Shown: piece after piece, positions 51,890 to 64,000 of the stretch
Numbering within the stretch: the stretch's first letter is position 1
Layout of the letters: each line of letters starts with the position of its first letter
Assembly (NCBI GenBank): GCA_951406725.2
Contig: OX597822.1
Coordinates: 82,026,001-82,090,000 of the forward strand
DNA length: 64,000 nucleotides
Direction of reading: 5' to 3'
From: Octopus vulgaris
Lineage: Eukaryota
The notes under the pieces: generated by a model
Seen by the model: only the letters and a program-made list of their open reading frames with translations
Databases searched by the model: none
Told to the model about the DNA's origin: nothing
Translations under genes and position numbers: made by a program

Positions 51890-52413
51890 ACAAAACCCCT
51901 TTTGTACTGTTAGGTTTAGTCAGCTCCTCAACTACTGAGTGGCCCCATTTCTGTATGCAGTTATGTCTATCTGCAAATCAGGGGCCTCACATATTGCATC
52001 AACATTGACTCATTTTAATGCTTCTTTCTAGCAATGGCTTTGCTCGTATACAAGAAAGCAGCCACTATGTGTGTGTGTGTGTGTGTGTGTACTCATGCAT
52101 ATGTATATCACAGTATTGAGCAGACTATCAGATGTTGTTACACATTGCTGGTCACAATGTGCTTCACACTGTTTTTAGCTTTCGAATGATGCCACCCCAC
52201 TGGCTAGGCAAGCAGGCCAACATCTCTGATTGGAGGGATAAGTCTATCACGGCAGAGTTACCTATTCATAGCTGAGTGGACTGGGGCAATGTGAAATGAA
52301 GTGTTTTGCTCAAGAACACTACTTGGTTTGGGAATCTCAAAAATCAAGGATTTTCCAAAGCTGACATGCCATTAAGGAAAAGAACAGGTTTACTGCCTGG
52401 AGATAAGAGAAGA

Positions 52414-52456
52414 GTTGTGGACATGTTTCTGGTTCAGTAGGCATCATCAGCATGAC
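52414..52456 (-). ncRNA. Decayed hammerhead-like motif
   Basis: Minus strand: GUCAUG CUGAUGA UG..CA GAAA CAUG UC CACAAC. The core and palindromic ACAUGU are intact but stems I and II are weak. Confidence 0.45.
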
Positions 52457-52997
52457 AATTGTCCAACTTTATCTTTTGTAACCAGAGGACTTAGACACAC
52501 ACATACTAAGTATACCCATGCTGTCAAATTTGACAGCATTTTATGAATAAATAAACTGAAAATGGTCGTCAATAAATGCTTCCACACAACATATGTTCCC
52601 TGGTTTTAATTATAAACTCATAAAGTAAGAACAATTAAATTTTTATTGAAATTGTTTTGAAGGATTGAGTCCGAAGAGAATTAAAAACGAGGGAACGTTT
52701 TATATAGATTACTGCATTTTAAGGAACTTCTTTATATAATTGATGATTTCACAAAACTCTTATTTTGGTGAGCTTGCATTGGGAAAAACGACAGAGTCTC
52801 CAGTATATTAAAGGTTATTAATCTTTAAGAATTATGCTAAAGAATGTAGAAAAAAGTCTCAAGTTTTTCCATATTTTATTTAGTTTGGTTCATGTACAAA
52901 TGAGATTAATGGCAAAATTCCTGGAGAATTCTCTTCCCTGCAGTTGAACTCAGGGCTCTCTTTGGCAATTCTGCTGCTGAACTGCATAATGAAAACT

Positions 52998-53146
52998 TGT
53001 GTGGTAAGAAGTTTGCTTCCCATCCACATGGTTCCAGGTTCAGTCCCTCTGTGTGGCACCTTGGGAAAGTGTCTTCTACTATAGCCTCAGGCTGACTAAA
53101 GTCTTGTGAGTGGATTTGGTACATGGAAACTGAAAGAAGCCCGTTG

Positions 53147-53187
<41 letters not shown>

Positions 53188-53380
53188 GTGTGTCCACCAT
53201 CACTTGACAACCGATGTTGGTGTGTTTAAGTCCCTTAACTTAGCAGTTCGACAAAGAGACTGATAGAATAAGTACTAGGCTTACAAAGAATAAGCCCTGA
53301 GGTCGATTTATTTGACTAAAGGCGGTGCCCCAGCATGGTCACACTCAAATGACTGAAACAAATAAAAGAATAAAAGAAAG
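52998..53380 (+). mobile_element. SINE-1 copy
   Basis: Head, core and tail homologous to 8715-9075. Confidence 0.85.
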
Positions 53381-54275
53381 AAGTGAATGATTTAGTGGGG
53401 CTCAAAAGGAAGAAGTTTAAATTCATCAGGAATGAAATATTTCTGTTTATTTTCAGTGTTTCAGCACTCAATGTGAATGTATGTGTGTGTGTGTGAGGGA
53501 GAGAGAGAGAGAAAAAGAGAGAGTATACGTTACTGTGTGTGTAATGGATTGAAATTAGATTTTTCTTGAAGACACTCCTAGAATTGAAGCAGGGAAAGCT
53601 TTAATTTTATTGTTACATCATAACATAATATCTGTGTGTGTGTGTGTTTGTGTATAGGTGTGTGTGAGTGTGAGTTAGTGAGCACGTTTATGTGTGTGAG
53701 CTTTTCTCTCTTCCAATCACCGTTTCCTTTTTTAATTTTACGCTTTCTCCTACCTTCCATCATTTGCTGCTCTTTATCTTCCTTACATTATTTCTCTCTC
53801 TCTCTCTCTCTCTCTTACACTTTCTCTCTCTTGTCAATATTTACTCCCCCACCACTTCATTTAAAACGACCAAATTTTTTAACCCCTTCCATCCTCTCTG
53901 AAGCAACTTCTCTCTCATCTGCCTCCCCTTTCTTTTACTATTACAGAACAAACAAGAAAAATATAGACATCATCATCATTAGCATCATCATCATTTAACA
54001 TCCATCTTCCATGCAAGCATGGGCAGAACAGATAACAGGAGCCGGCCAGGTAGAAAAACTACCTTAGGCTACTGCATATATATATATAAATATACAATAA
54101 AGTTTATAACAGAGTGTGTTAGTGTGTGTGTACATCAATGTGAAAACTTCCTTTTAAAAGGTTCATTTGATTCTGTTTCTTGAAGTCTTTTTAAAATAGT
54201 AAAAAACTTTTAAAGAAATCTTTGAATGTTGCAACTGTATCAGGTATTGCAAAACACACACACACACACACAAAC

Positions 54276-54340
<65 letters not shown>

Positions 54341-54745
54341 AAAATTGTTAAAGAGGACAACAAACTGGGATATTCTGGGATATGTCTCTGGGATATTCCA
54401 TCACAGGAGACAAATAGGGAAAAGGAGAAGGGTAGAAATTAATGAAATTTCATTAATCTATGCCCCTCTCATTTTTCCTATTTATCTCCAATGACTGAAT
54501 ATCCCAGAAACAGCTGTAAGACTGAATTTTTTTTCCAATAATAATCATGTATATTACTTGAGATGTTTGCCTTGCCCTAACGTTTGTTGTCCTCTTTAAC
54601 AATTATATATCCGCTATATCAGAAATCTGCAATGGCTCCATAACTACCGTCTTGGCTATAACCTTGGATCCCCAATAATCCATTTCAACACTTATCTAGC
54701 CTACCTAATCGTTTAGATCACCTGTTAACTAAACCCCCATATTTT
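54341..54745. mobile_element. Inverted pLTR pair, family C, HHR decayed
   Basis: Arms fold about 54449. The plus arm has ...ATATCCCA GAAA CAGCTG TA AGAC. It shares both pLTR and terminal TTTAGATCACCTGT.AACTAAACCCC with 5595-6003. Confidence 0.75.
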
Positions 54746-54750
54746 GTTTG

Positions 54751-54791
<41 letters not shown>

Positions 54792-54935
54792 TGAGAAGTA
54801 TTGGTGTCAAGAAGACCCAAAGGTGTCATAATGCTGAGTAAGAGCTATGGACAGACTATAGTTAAGCTCCAGGTTCCATGATGATACAAATGAGGAGTCC
54901 CAACGTAGGTCATGTATTAGCATGCATATATATAT

Positions 54936-55472
54936 ACAAATTAACAGAATGAGATAAAAAATCCAAGGCTGTGAATAGTTTCCAGAACATTTATAAAATG
55001 AAGATCTTACAGATGTATGTATGTTTATATATCCCTTCATCAGAGACAGTGTGAGAAAATGTTTAAGAAATATTTATTATAGAGAAGATATGAAATACAG
55101 AATGAAGTGGATGAATGAAAACAGATATGAGGTACGTAAGGATATTGTATTTGCAGTTCCATTATTTAAGCAGAATGGGGTATATATAAGTTTCCTGTAC
55201 CTTGTGTATGAGTTATATATACATCATTCTGCTTAAATAATGGAACTGCAAATACAATATCCTTACGTACCTCATATCTATTTTCATTCATCCACTTCAT
55301 TCTGTATTTCATATCTTCTTTATAATAACTATTACTTAAACATTTTCTTACACCATCTCAGATGAAAGGATATATAAAATATCCCGGAAGCAGCTGTAAG
55401 ACCTTCTGTTTATAAATGTTCTGAAAACTTTTCACAGCCTTGGATTTTTTTTATCTCATTCTGTGATTTGTA
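54936..55472. mobile_element. Palindrome of about 535 bp with hammerhead remnants in both arms (C-like family)
   Basis: Arms of about 250 bp around a spacer at about 55190-55212. The plus arm at 55355-55402 reads ATCT CAGATGA..GGATAT..ATATCC..GAAG CAGCTG TA AGAC. The minus arm keeps GTCT CTGATGA but has lost GAAA. Confidence 0.8.
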
Positions 55473-57439
55473 TATATGTGTGTGTGTGTGTGTGTATGTG
55501 TGTGCACGAGCTCTTTTACTAGTTTCAGTTCAAAGGGTGAGGGCCATGCTGGGGAGGCTGATATTACTTTTGCTACCACTTCTACAGCCATTCTTTTCCA
55601 GTTATGGCTGGATGGGTGGATGAGGGTATTTGATGCAATCACCCTTATTTGGTTCATCTCCAACCTCAGAACCTTAACTTTCCAAGTGATTCTTGAATAC
55701 ATTTAAATCCATTCTCAGCTTTTTGTACAAGATATTGGAAAGTCGAGGACATTTGAAACCTGAGTTATTGCAGTAGCCATTCCTTACTTTGGATGGAGAG
55801 GAGGGAATCTTCAGCACTATGAAATGATGTCCCATTTGGAAATTGGAGTAGCATTCAGTGCAAATTCTTTAAAAATCTGAATGCAAGCTAATCCAAGATC
55901 TTCCATATATGCATTAGGTTACAGGAAATTTCACCATAAACATTTTAGCGGGAAAATTCACCATAAAAATATTTCGTTTTAAATGACCTCATGTTTTTTA
56001 ATGGTTGACATTGACTGAAGACTTGCTTATTTAATGCATTTATGAAACCTTTTATCATCCTTTATTTTATTTTTAAATATTTTGGTATAATACGCTTAAT
56101 CATTGTCCATGTGTAGTTGAGAAATACAGTTCAGATGACTAAGAACAGATGTCCTCTGTAAGACTGCTTCCACATTCTGAATATTCTCAGAATGTATCCT
56201 GCCTGTCGTCTGCACATTATTACCATTTTTGGAATCAATATTAATAATGAGACATTGTTTCATGCACTAAGGTCATGACTCTGAGATTGCAATCATTCTT
56301 GGGCTTGCATATCCTGATTGCAATGTAAGGCCAGGCTGACAGCAGGCTGCTTGAAATAGCCCATCATTTAATTGCATGGTTTTTATTTTTAGCTGACTCG
56401 CATTTAGGTTTTACACGTGTGTGTGTATGTGTGTGCATGTGCATGTTTGTGTGCATGCATGCATGTGTGTGTGTGTGCATGGTGTGCATAAATACAGGTT
56501 TGTATGCAAACTCATATTCTGCTTGCTAACATATTGGACATTGCTTTCCATCAAAGAGGAGAAAAATGAATTCAATCATAAACCTTGAAAAAAAATGAAG
56601 AATTCAGTTAAAATGCTTTACAGATGAATGACAATTCACAATATTGTGCAATTATTAATACCATGACAGTATAGGAAAACAGACAGTGGAATGATGAAAG
56701 TGATGATGGTAGTGTATGCATATATAAATAATTACATATATATATATATATATATAATTACATATATATATATATATATATACACACACACCATGTGTGT
56801 GTTGCATGCATCTGTGAAGAGGGAGAGCAATGCCAGAAAGAAAAAGAAAGGTGAGATAAAGCAAAAGGAGATAAGATCACACACATACACATTCATATGC
56901 ACACAATTATCTTGGACCAATCATACCAAATGTTAAAATGGGAATAACAACACGGATAAAAAACCATTGAACAATTGAAGGATTCATGAATGAAATTGAA
57001 GGAGAATTAAATAAAGAAGCCAATTCTATAGATTTCATCCAAATATAATGAAGTAGTATTAAGCAAACACTATCAAAATGGCAAAGAAAACATTACATTG
57101 TTGACATTCAAACTAATATTAAGGCAGCCATGTTGGTCAATAGCTAAAGAAGAAGATATATTTCTAGAGTTGAATTGCAGTAGGGGTTGTGGAGAAGTGG
57201 GTTGACATTCACTTATGTACTACTTGTATATCTTGTACATACTCAAATGCAAGCAATCATGAGGGAAGGAGAGAGAGAGAGGTGTAGAAGAATGGGTATT
57301 ATAAGGAAGAGAGTGTGACCAAGGGGGAAAGTGGAAAAAAAAAGAAAGTGAGAGAGACAGAGAGTGGGGAGATGAAGGAGGAAAAAGGAGGCCAAGAAGA
57401 AGGAAAATGGGTTGAGAAGAGAAAAAAAGTAAGCAATAA

Positions 57440-57770
57440 GGGAGAGAGAGAGGCAGGAGAGAAAGAGAGAGAGGCAGGAGAGAGAGAGAGAGTAGCAGGA
57501 GAGAAAGAGAGAGAGAGAGAGGCAGGAGAGAAAGAGAGAGGCAGGAGAGAAAGAGAGAGAGAGGCAGGAGAGAAAGAGAGAGAGGCAGGAGAGAAAGAGA
57601 GAGAGAGGCAGGAGAGAAAGAGAGAGAGGCAGGAGAGAAAGAGAGAGAGAGCAGCAGGAGAGAAAGAGAGAGAGAGCAGCAGGAGAGAAAGAGAGAGAGA
57701 GGCAGGAGAGAAAGAGAGAGAGAGAGAGGCAGAGAGAGAAAGAGAGGCAGGAGAGAAAGAGAGAGAGTGA
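57440..57770. repeat. Polypurine minisatellite (GAGAGGCAGGAGAGAAAGA-type units of about 20 bp)
   Basis: Directly visible. It explains the Leu/Ser and Glu/Arg ORFs at 57220-57892. Confidence 0.9.
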
Positions 57771-58769
57771 GATACAGACAAGACAAGAGATGATAAAATG
57801 TTGGACTCTGAAGCAGAAAGAGTATAAGGAAAGAATAAGAATAAATAATAAATGAAAGAAGAAAAACATTCAATAGAGAGATAGAAAGACAAAACTAGGA
57901 CACCAAATATCTGGCGTTTGTATGTGTGTGTGTGTGTGTGTTCTACTGAGATTGGTTATGTACCTCCCAAATGCTTTACTTGTGGGTTAATTTCTGGGTA
58001 TGCAGGTGAGGTGGAGGATGATTGATGGCAACGATATTGGCTGAGGAATTTTGGGATTTGTTGTGGGAGTATCAGATCTGTAGGTGTCAGCAGTGGTAGT
58101 CATGGTTGTATTGTTGTTGTTTAGTCCCTGATTGACATTCCATTTGTGACTCTCCTCAATAACTAGTTTGTTTCAAGTCTGCCCCACAAAACCAAATGAA
58201 TTTGCCCTAGGGATGATGGGGCTGTATCACTTTTGATCATGGGTATACTCAACCAGGATTTAGGGATAAACAATAAACAACAAACATTACCTTTCATCAC
58301 TCCATGTGTGACAAAGTACCAGTCATAAGCTGGGGATGAGTTAATCAACTTAATCAACTTCTACCAATCAATTTCAGATTTTGTAATTATGCTAGAAATA
58401 ATAATTATTTTTCTGCCCTTCATCCTTTCAGGATTAATAAAATGACATACCAGTCACATACTATGGTAAACGTAATTAACTAAAGTCCAACCCACCAAAG
58501 TTAATGTCCTGCCCCTTGCCTAAATGAGAACCATTAATAATAATTCCTTCTACCGGAAGCAGAAGGTCTCAAATTTGGGAGAAGGGATAAAGTCAATTAC
58601 ATTGATCCCAGTGCATAACTGGTACTTATTTAATCAACCTCAAAAGGATGAAAAGCAAAGTCGACCTTGGCAGAATTTGAACTCAGAATGTAGCAGCAGA
58701 TAAAATACTGCTAAGCATTTTGCCTGGCGTGCTAATGACTCTGCCAGCTCACCGCCTTAGAACTATTAA

Positions 58770-59102
58770 TAATAAGAGCACTCAGTATGAACCACCATCA
58801 AGGCAACATCAATATTCTCTCAATGATTAGCCAGAGATGATTTTTAAAATGAGAATATCTAAAATAAACTCGACTCCTCTCATAAACAAGAATACTAAAA
58901 ATGAACATGATTGCTCTCAAAAATTAAGTAAAAAAACAGGAAAAATAATCCAGAATCCTTGTCCAGTACCTGATTGATCCCAAACTATAATCAGTTCATG
59001 CCAGTCATGAGGCCAAACATTCCTGAAAGTTTCATCCAAATCTATCCAGTGGTTCTTGAGATATCTTCTCCACAGACAAACAAGCAAACAGGCTGAGGTA
59101 AT
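58770..59102. mobile_element. Possible Helentron/DINE-like non-autonomous element
   Basis: Starts AATAAGAGCACTCAG..ACCACCATCAAGG and ends ACAGACAAAC..GGCTGAGGTAA, resembling decayed subterminal inverted repeats. Confidence 0.4.
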
Positions 59103-59273
59103 AATAAAGTGGTGATCTGGAAGAATGTTCATGATTACCAAAACAAAATGTTTAGTGATGTTTTTTCTGGTTCCTTATTCTTCTGAGTTCAAATACCTTT
59201 TATCTTTGCTTGTTTGATGTGGATGCTCATAAGCCATCATCATGTGACACAAATACATACCCATAAACACATT

Positions 59274-59312
<39 letters not shown>

Positions 59313-60241
59313 GACAGCCTTCTTTCAGTTTCTATTTACCAAATCTGCTCACAAGGCTTTGTTCAGCCTGAGTCTATAGTAAAGGTGCTTGCTGAAGGTG
59401 TTTAGGAATGGGACTGAACCCAAGACCACATGGCTGGGAAGCAAGCTTTGTAACCACACAGCCACACCCATAACAACTCTCATATGTGATGATGATGATG
59501 ATGATGATGATGGTGATGATGATGGTGATGATGGTGATGATGATGGTGACAGTTTTTAGCATAGGCATAGGGTTATTTGTTTTAGGAGGGAGGAGCAAAG
59601 ATGGTTAAGTTGATCTCAGGATTAAGACTGGTCCTTGGTTTGTCTCCACTTGAAAAATGAAAGTAAAGCTGAACCTCACTTTGACTTTGATGGGATTTGA
59701 TCCCAGAATGGGCAGGACTGCAACGAAATAATGGCAGATATTTTGTTTGGCATTTGTTTGATTCTGATGACGACGACAACAACAAAAAGGTTGGTGAAGA
59801 TAACCTTATGACGACATGAAAAATAAGAGGACAATAATAATGATATGTTAATAAATATAAATATTTATGATGTCAGCAATGATCATGATGATGATGGTTA
59901 TGGCGATGATGTTGATGATGATGATGAACATAGGGTTTACTATGATGGTGGTGATGACAACGCATAGTGATGACAGTTTTTGATAAACATCAACATAATA
60001 ATAATAAATATGATAACAGTGCTGGAGATGGTGATAATAGGTGAGAGAAGTAGTTATGATGATGTTAGTGATGTTATTAAAGATGAAAATGACATCGATA
60101 ATGATAACGATGGCAACGATAATGATGCTGCTGCTGCCATCGCTGCTGACTAAACTAATTCAAATGTTTCAGCAGAGACTTCTAAACCACTGGACACTAA
60201 GATTGGCATCGGATTGTCCTTCTGCCCGTAACTATGCTTAC

Positions 60242-60274
60242 TTATGTTGTCCAGCAGTGAGATATCTCATTATC
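60242..60274 (-). CDS. Candidate 33-nt micro-exon
   Basis: gttgttctctgcag|G ATA ATG AGA TAT CTC ACT GCT GGA CAA CAT AA|gtaagc shows strong splice signals, is frame-preserving, and is open in one frame. Confidence 0.25.
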   Translation of the reverse strand, partial: DNEISHCWTT

Positions 60275-61013
60275 CTGCAGAGAACAACGTCTCACTAATT
60301 AATCATGGTTAATGAGACAGTCATTACAGCAATACACAACCACAACCTACCATCACACTCACATTATTTATTATTATTATTATTGCTATATTTGTAAAAG
60401 TTAAGAGCCTTTAATTCTACATCAATTGTTAATTATCAATCAAACATGGATTACAATCTGGATAAGATTTAGTCAACTCTTTAGCTGTAATTACTTTTGA
60501 AGACATGTGTTGTTGTTGAGGGAAATAAAGGTTAGACTCCAGGTATTGTAGCTTCTACTGGTCGTGATGGAGAGGCTGGCAGTTGTAGCTGGAGTTGGCG
60601 TCATTATAAACAGTTTCATGGAATATATGTGAGTGCTTACATTCACACACACTTAGATACATACGTGTGTATGTATGTATGTATGTATGTATGCATGCAT
60701 ACATCATCATCATCATCATCATCATCATTTAACATCTGTCATGCTGTCATGAGTCGGATGGTTTGATTAAAAACTGGTAAGCTGGGGAGGGGGGCTGCAC
60801 CAGGCTCCAATCTGATTTCTACAGCTGGATGCATTTCCTAACATCAACCACCCCAAGAGTGTAGTGGATGTTTTTTACGTGCCACCCACCTGAGTACCAG
60901 TTACACAACACCGGTATCGGCCATGACTACAATCTCACTTGGCCTGACAGGTTTTCTCAAACACACACACACACACATAACTGTCTGTCTACATATATAC
61001 CTACACACCCCTC

Positions 61014-61044
<31 letters not shown>

Positions 61045-61248
61045 TTCTTTTATCTTTTACTTGTTTCAGTCATTGGACTGGGGCCATGCTGGGGCACCAC
61101 CTCTAACGGTTTTCGCTGATCAGACCAGCACCAGCACTTATTTTCAAAGTGCGGTACTTATTCTTTTGGTCTCTTCTGGCAAAGTGATAAGTTATAGGGA
61201 TGCAACCAAACCAATACTGGCTGTATATGTGGTGTGTATGTGTGTATA

Positions 61249-61471
61249 CAAGGTGGGGGTGGTGCTGAAATGTTCCTGGCTTTGGGTAAAAGAAAATACA
61301 GGTGAATCAGTTTATTATGATTCTATTCAACATATTCCCTTCTCAGATTCACACACTTATTGCAGTGGCCCTTCAGTTTTTCTAAGCCCTGTAAAAGAAC
61401 TTGGAAGGCTGGGCCTCCAACTAAGCCTTTTGGGATACCCTTAAAGCCAGGAACTTTTCAGCATTCCCTTG
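61249..61471. mobile_element. Short mariner-derived MITE
   Basis: TA-flanked TIRs CAAGG..TGCTGAAA.GTTCCTGGCTTT. The minus strand retains NKCVNLRREYVE*. Confidence 0.8.
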
Positions 61472-61968
61472 TATGTTGTTGAATATGATGATTTCTGGTG
61501 TGGCTGGTAAAAGAGATTGGTTCTGCTATTGCCAGAGTAGAAGCACAGCGGTGTTTGGGGAATGGTAGACGAACATGAGTGGAATGTCTTATATAAATGA
61601 AGCTGTTTGTACATCTTACAGTTATGAGAAAGGATCATGTAGGTAAAGCTTGGAAAGAGTAGGTGCAAGGACAGAGCCCTGTAATACTCCAGTCAGGAAA
61701 TTATAAGTTCCAGGAATGCAATTCCTGTATATTACAGAGTCTTGGAGGTCTGGCATGTAATTTGTAAACTAGCATTTTATATAGAAAGGTTTTGCGTATT
61801 TTTAATATGTGAGTGGTTGTGTGGTTGAGAATCTTGTTTCTCATCCATGTGGTCTTGTGTTCAATCCCACTGTGTTGCACCTTGGGCAAGTCTCTTCTAC
61901 AACCACACTGAGTGAACCAAAGTCTTGTGAGTGGATTTAGTAGATGGAAACTGAGAGAAGCCCATTGT

Positions 61969-62018
<50 letters not shown>

Positions 62019-63375
62019 TGTGTGTATCGTTGTATAGACATTACAGTGTCATACAAGTGAGAATGTTTATTTCCAGTCTTCCATGAAAAACATGTCTAGG
62101 TGTTGGAGAAACATTACCCTACTTGGTAAACAGCTGAGGATTGGTGACAGGAAGGGTGTTTGGCCTCCAGAAAACCTGTCTCAAGGAATTCCATCTGACC
62201 CATGCATGTATGAAAAAGTGGACGTTAAACGATGATGATGAATGGAGAGTGGGTAATATAGTCAAAATTTGTCATCTGGAGTTACAATGGTAGACATGGG
62301 AACTTTGTTGTTGTCTTGTATTTTCTGTGTACGGTTTGGGAGTAATGCGGTGGTGGTGGGGGTGTAACGGTTTGAATCTTTGCTGTGATTTGGAGAGGCC
62401 CTGGTTGTGGGGGTTGAGTGAGAGCCTCTATATGGGCATTTGATATGTAAAAATAATTGTCTCCTCATCCACTACACTCTCGAAGTGGTTGGTGTTAGGA
62501 AGGGCATCCAGCAGTAGAAACATTGCCAAATCAGACTGGAGCTTGGTGCAGCCTTCTGGCTTGCTAGACCTCAGTCAAACCGTCCAACTCATGCCGTCAT
62601 GGAAAATGGACATTAAATGATGAATAATAATAATAATAATAGTTACAGCCTATGTCTCACTGCCATGAATCACAGCTGTTTGTACACATGCTTCATACTA
62701 TCTGCCTCTGAGTGGCCCTTTGTTATCAACAAGGGCAGCAGTTCTCTGTACTTAACCTAGCCCTTTCAAATTCTAGCAGCTACTCTTTTGGAATTACCTC
62801 CTCCCCGTCACTTAGCGGTTCGGCAAAAGAGACCGATAGAATAAGGACTGGGCTTACAAAAGAATAAGTCCCGGGGTCGAGCTGCTCGATTAAAGGCGGT
62901 GCTCCAGCATGGCCGCAGTCAAATGACTGAAACAAGTAAAAGAGAAAGAGAAAGAGAATCCTTTCTACTAAAGGCACAAGGCCTGAAATTTGGGAGGCAA
63001 GGGATTAGTTGATTACACTGAACCCAATGTTTTACTGGTACTTAATTTATTGGACCCCAAAAGGAGGAAAGACAAAGTCGACTTCAGTGGAATTTGAACT
63101 CAGAATGTAGCAATGGGTGAAATAGTGAACATTTTGCCCGGTGAGCTAATGATTCTGTCAGCTCACCACATTGAAAATAATAATAATGATGATGATGATC
63201 CTATTGTATACAGTGCCCAGATGCAATACAACTCATCAGAAAAAGTACCCAAAAGTGTGTGAATAAGACACAAGAAGTGACCAGTAAATGAGTTGTTAAA
63301 AAAAAAGTGGAGTGATGTCAGGTGTACTGTTGGCAAATTTCAGGAAGCATGGGAGTTTTGAAGGATGCATGTGAT

Positions 63376-63585
63376 AGAATCGGTTTTCTGAGCATCTGTG
63401 GTACTTATTGCCCCTGTGCATCTTCCACACACAAAAGCTATCTTCCTGGTTAACCTTTCTTTGATGTTGCTGCACCTCATGCATCCATAGCTTACACTGG
63501 ATACATCTTATGGAGTTTCTACCTTCACCTTTTCTACAGATCGAGCAGGGCCATCTACCCGGAGGGGTTTGTGATGTGTTTGCCT
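63376..63585 (-). mobile_element. RTE LINE internal fragment
   Basis: SQTPPGRWPCSICRKGEGRNSIRCIQCKLWMH, homologous to 41040-41200. Confidence 0.85.
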
Positions 63586-64000
63586 TGTGCAGTGTCCCAA
63601 TAATTAACAACTGATGCTGGTAGTTTATTCCATGCTTCAACAATTCTGAGTTTGAAAAAATGGTTCTGAAAGTCATGGGTGTTGTGCTGTTTTTTCTTTG
63701 TTTTGGGGTTTTTTTTTTTCATTTTGTAAGCATTTCGACAGGTGTTAGATCTGGAATTCACAAAAAAAAAGTGGGGGTGGCAAAGTTTCCTCAAATATTA
63801 CTCTGACATCTTAAACATTGTTAAATATACAATGACTGAACAGAAGAGAAAATTAGATTGTCACAGTTTGAATGTTGATTGAATGACAGGTTTTTGTTAC
63901 ACCTCAGTGAAGCAACTCAATGAAAGTTAAGTACTTTGGCCATGGGTGTGACACACTTATCACTGACATCTGTTTAAGGTCATCAAGCTATACACAGCTT

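Noticed and set aside
57220-57892. ORFs of about 200 aa rich in Leu/Ser or Glu/Arg
   Set aside because: They are translations of a polypurine minisatellite.

Overview
This is AT-rich, microsatellite-dense, repeat-dominated eukaryotic DNA. The repeat families look to me like those of an octopus-type (coleoid cephalopod) genome, which is an inference from memory and not a database result. Nearly all ORFs in the supplied track are artefacts of microsatellites or decayed repeats. Recognisable content includes RTE-clade LINE fragments with many (GAT)n-tailed 3' ends, CR1 and R4/Dong LINE relics, at least three tRNA-derived SINE families, mariner-, hAT- and Helitron-derived non-autonomous elements, and a Penelope-like GIY-YIG endonuclease relic. 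The most striking signal is more than a dozen type I hammerhead-ribozyme (HHR) motifs from about six families. One is fully intact (5685-5740, minus strand), and many sit in head-to-head palindromic mini-elements. One family couples a tRNA-derived Pol III head to the hammerhead and is flanked by an 11-bp direct repeat (43580-44054), making it a candidate Penelope-mobilised, ribozyme-bearing SINE. A few candidate host exons or ORFs exist (18278-18534 minus, 20036-20572 plus, 30320-30514 plus, 60242-60274 minus), but none can be assigned to a known gene.
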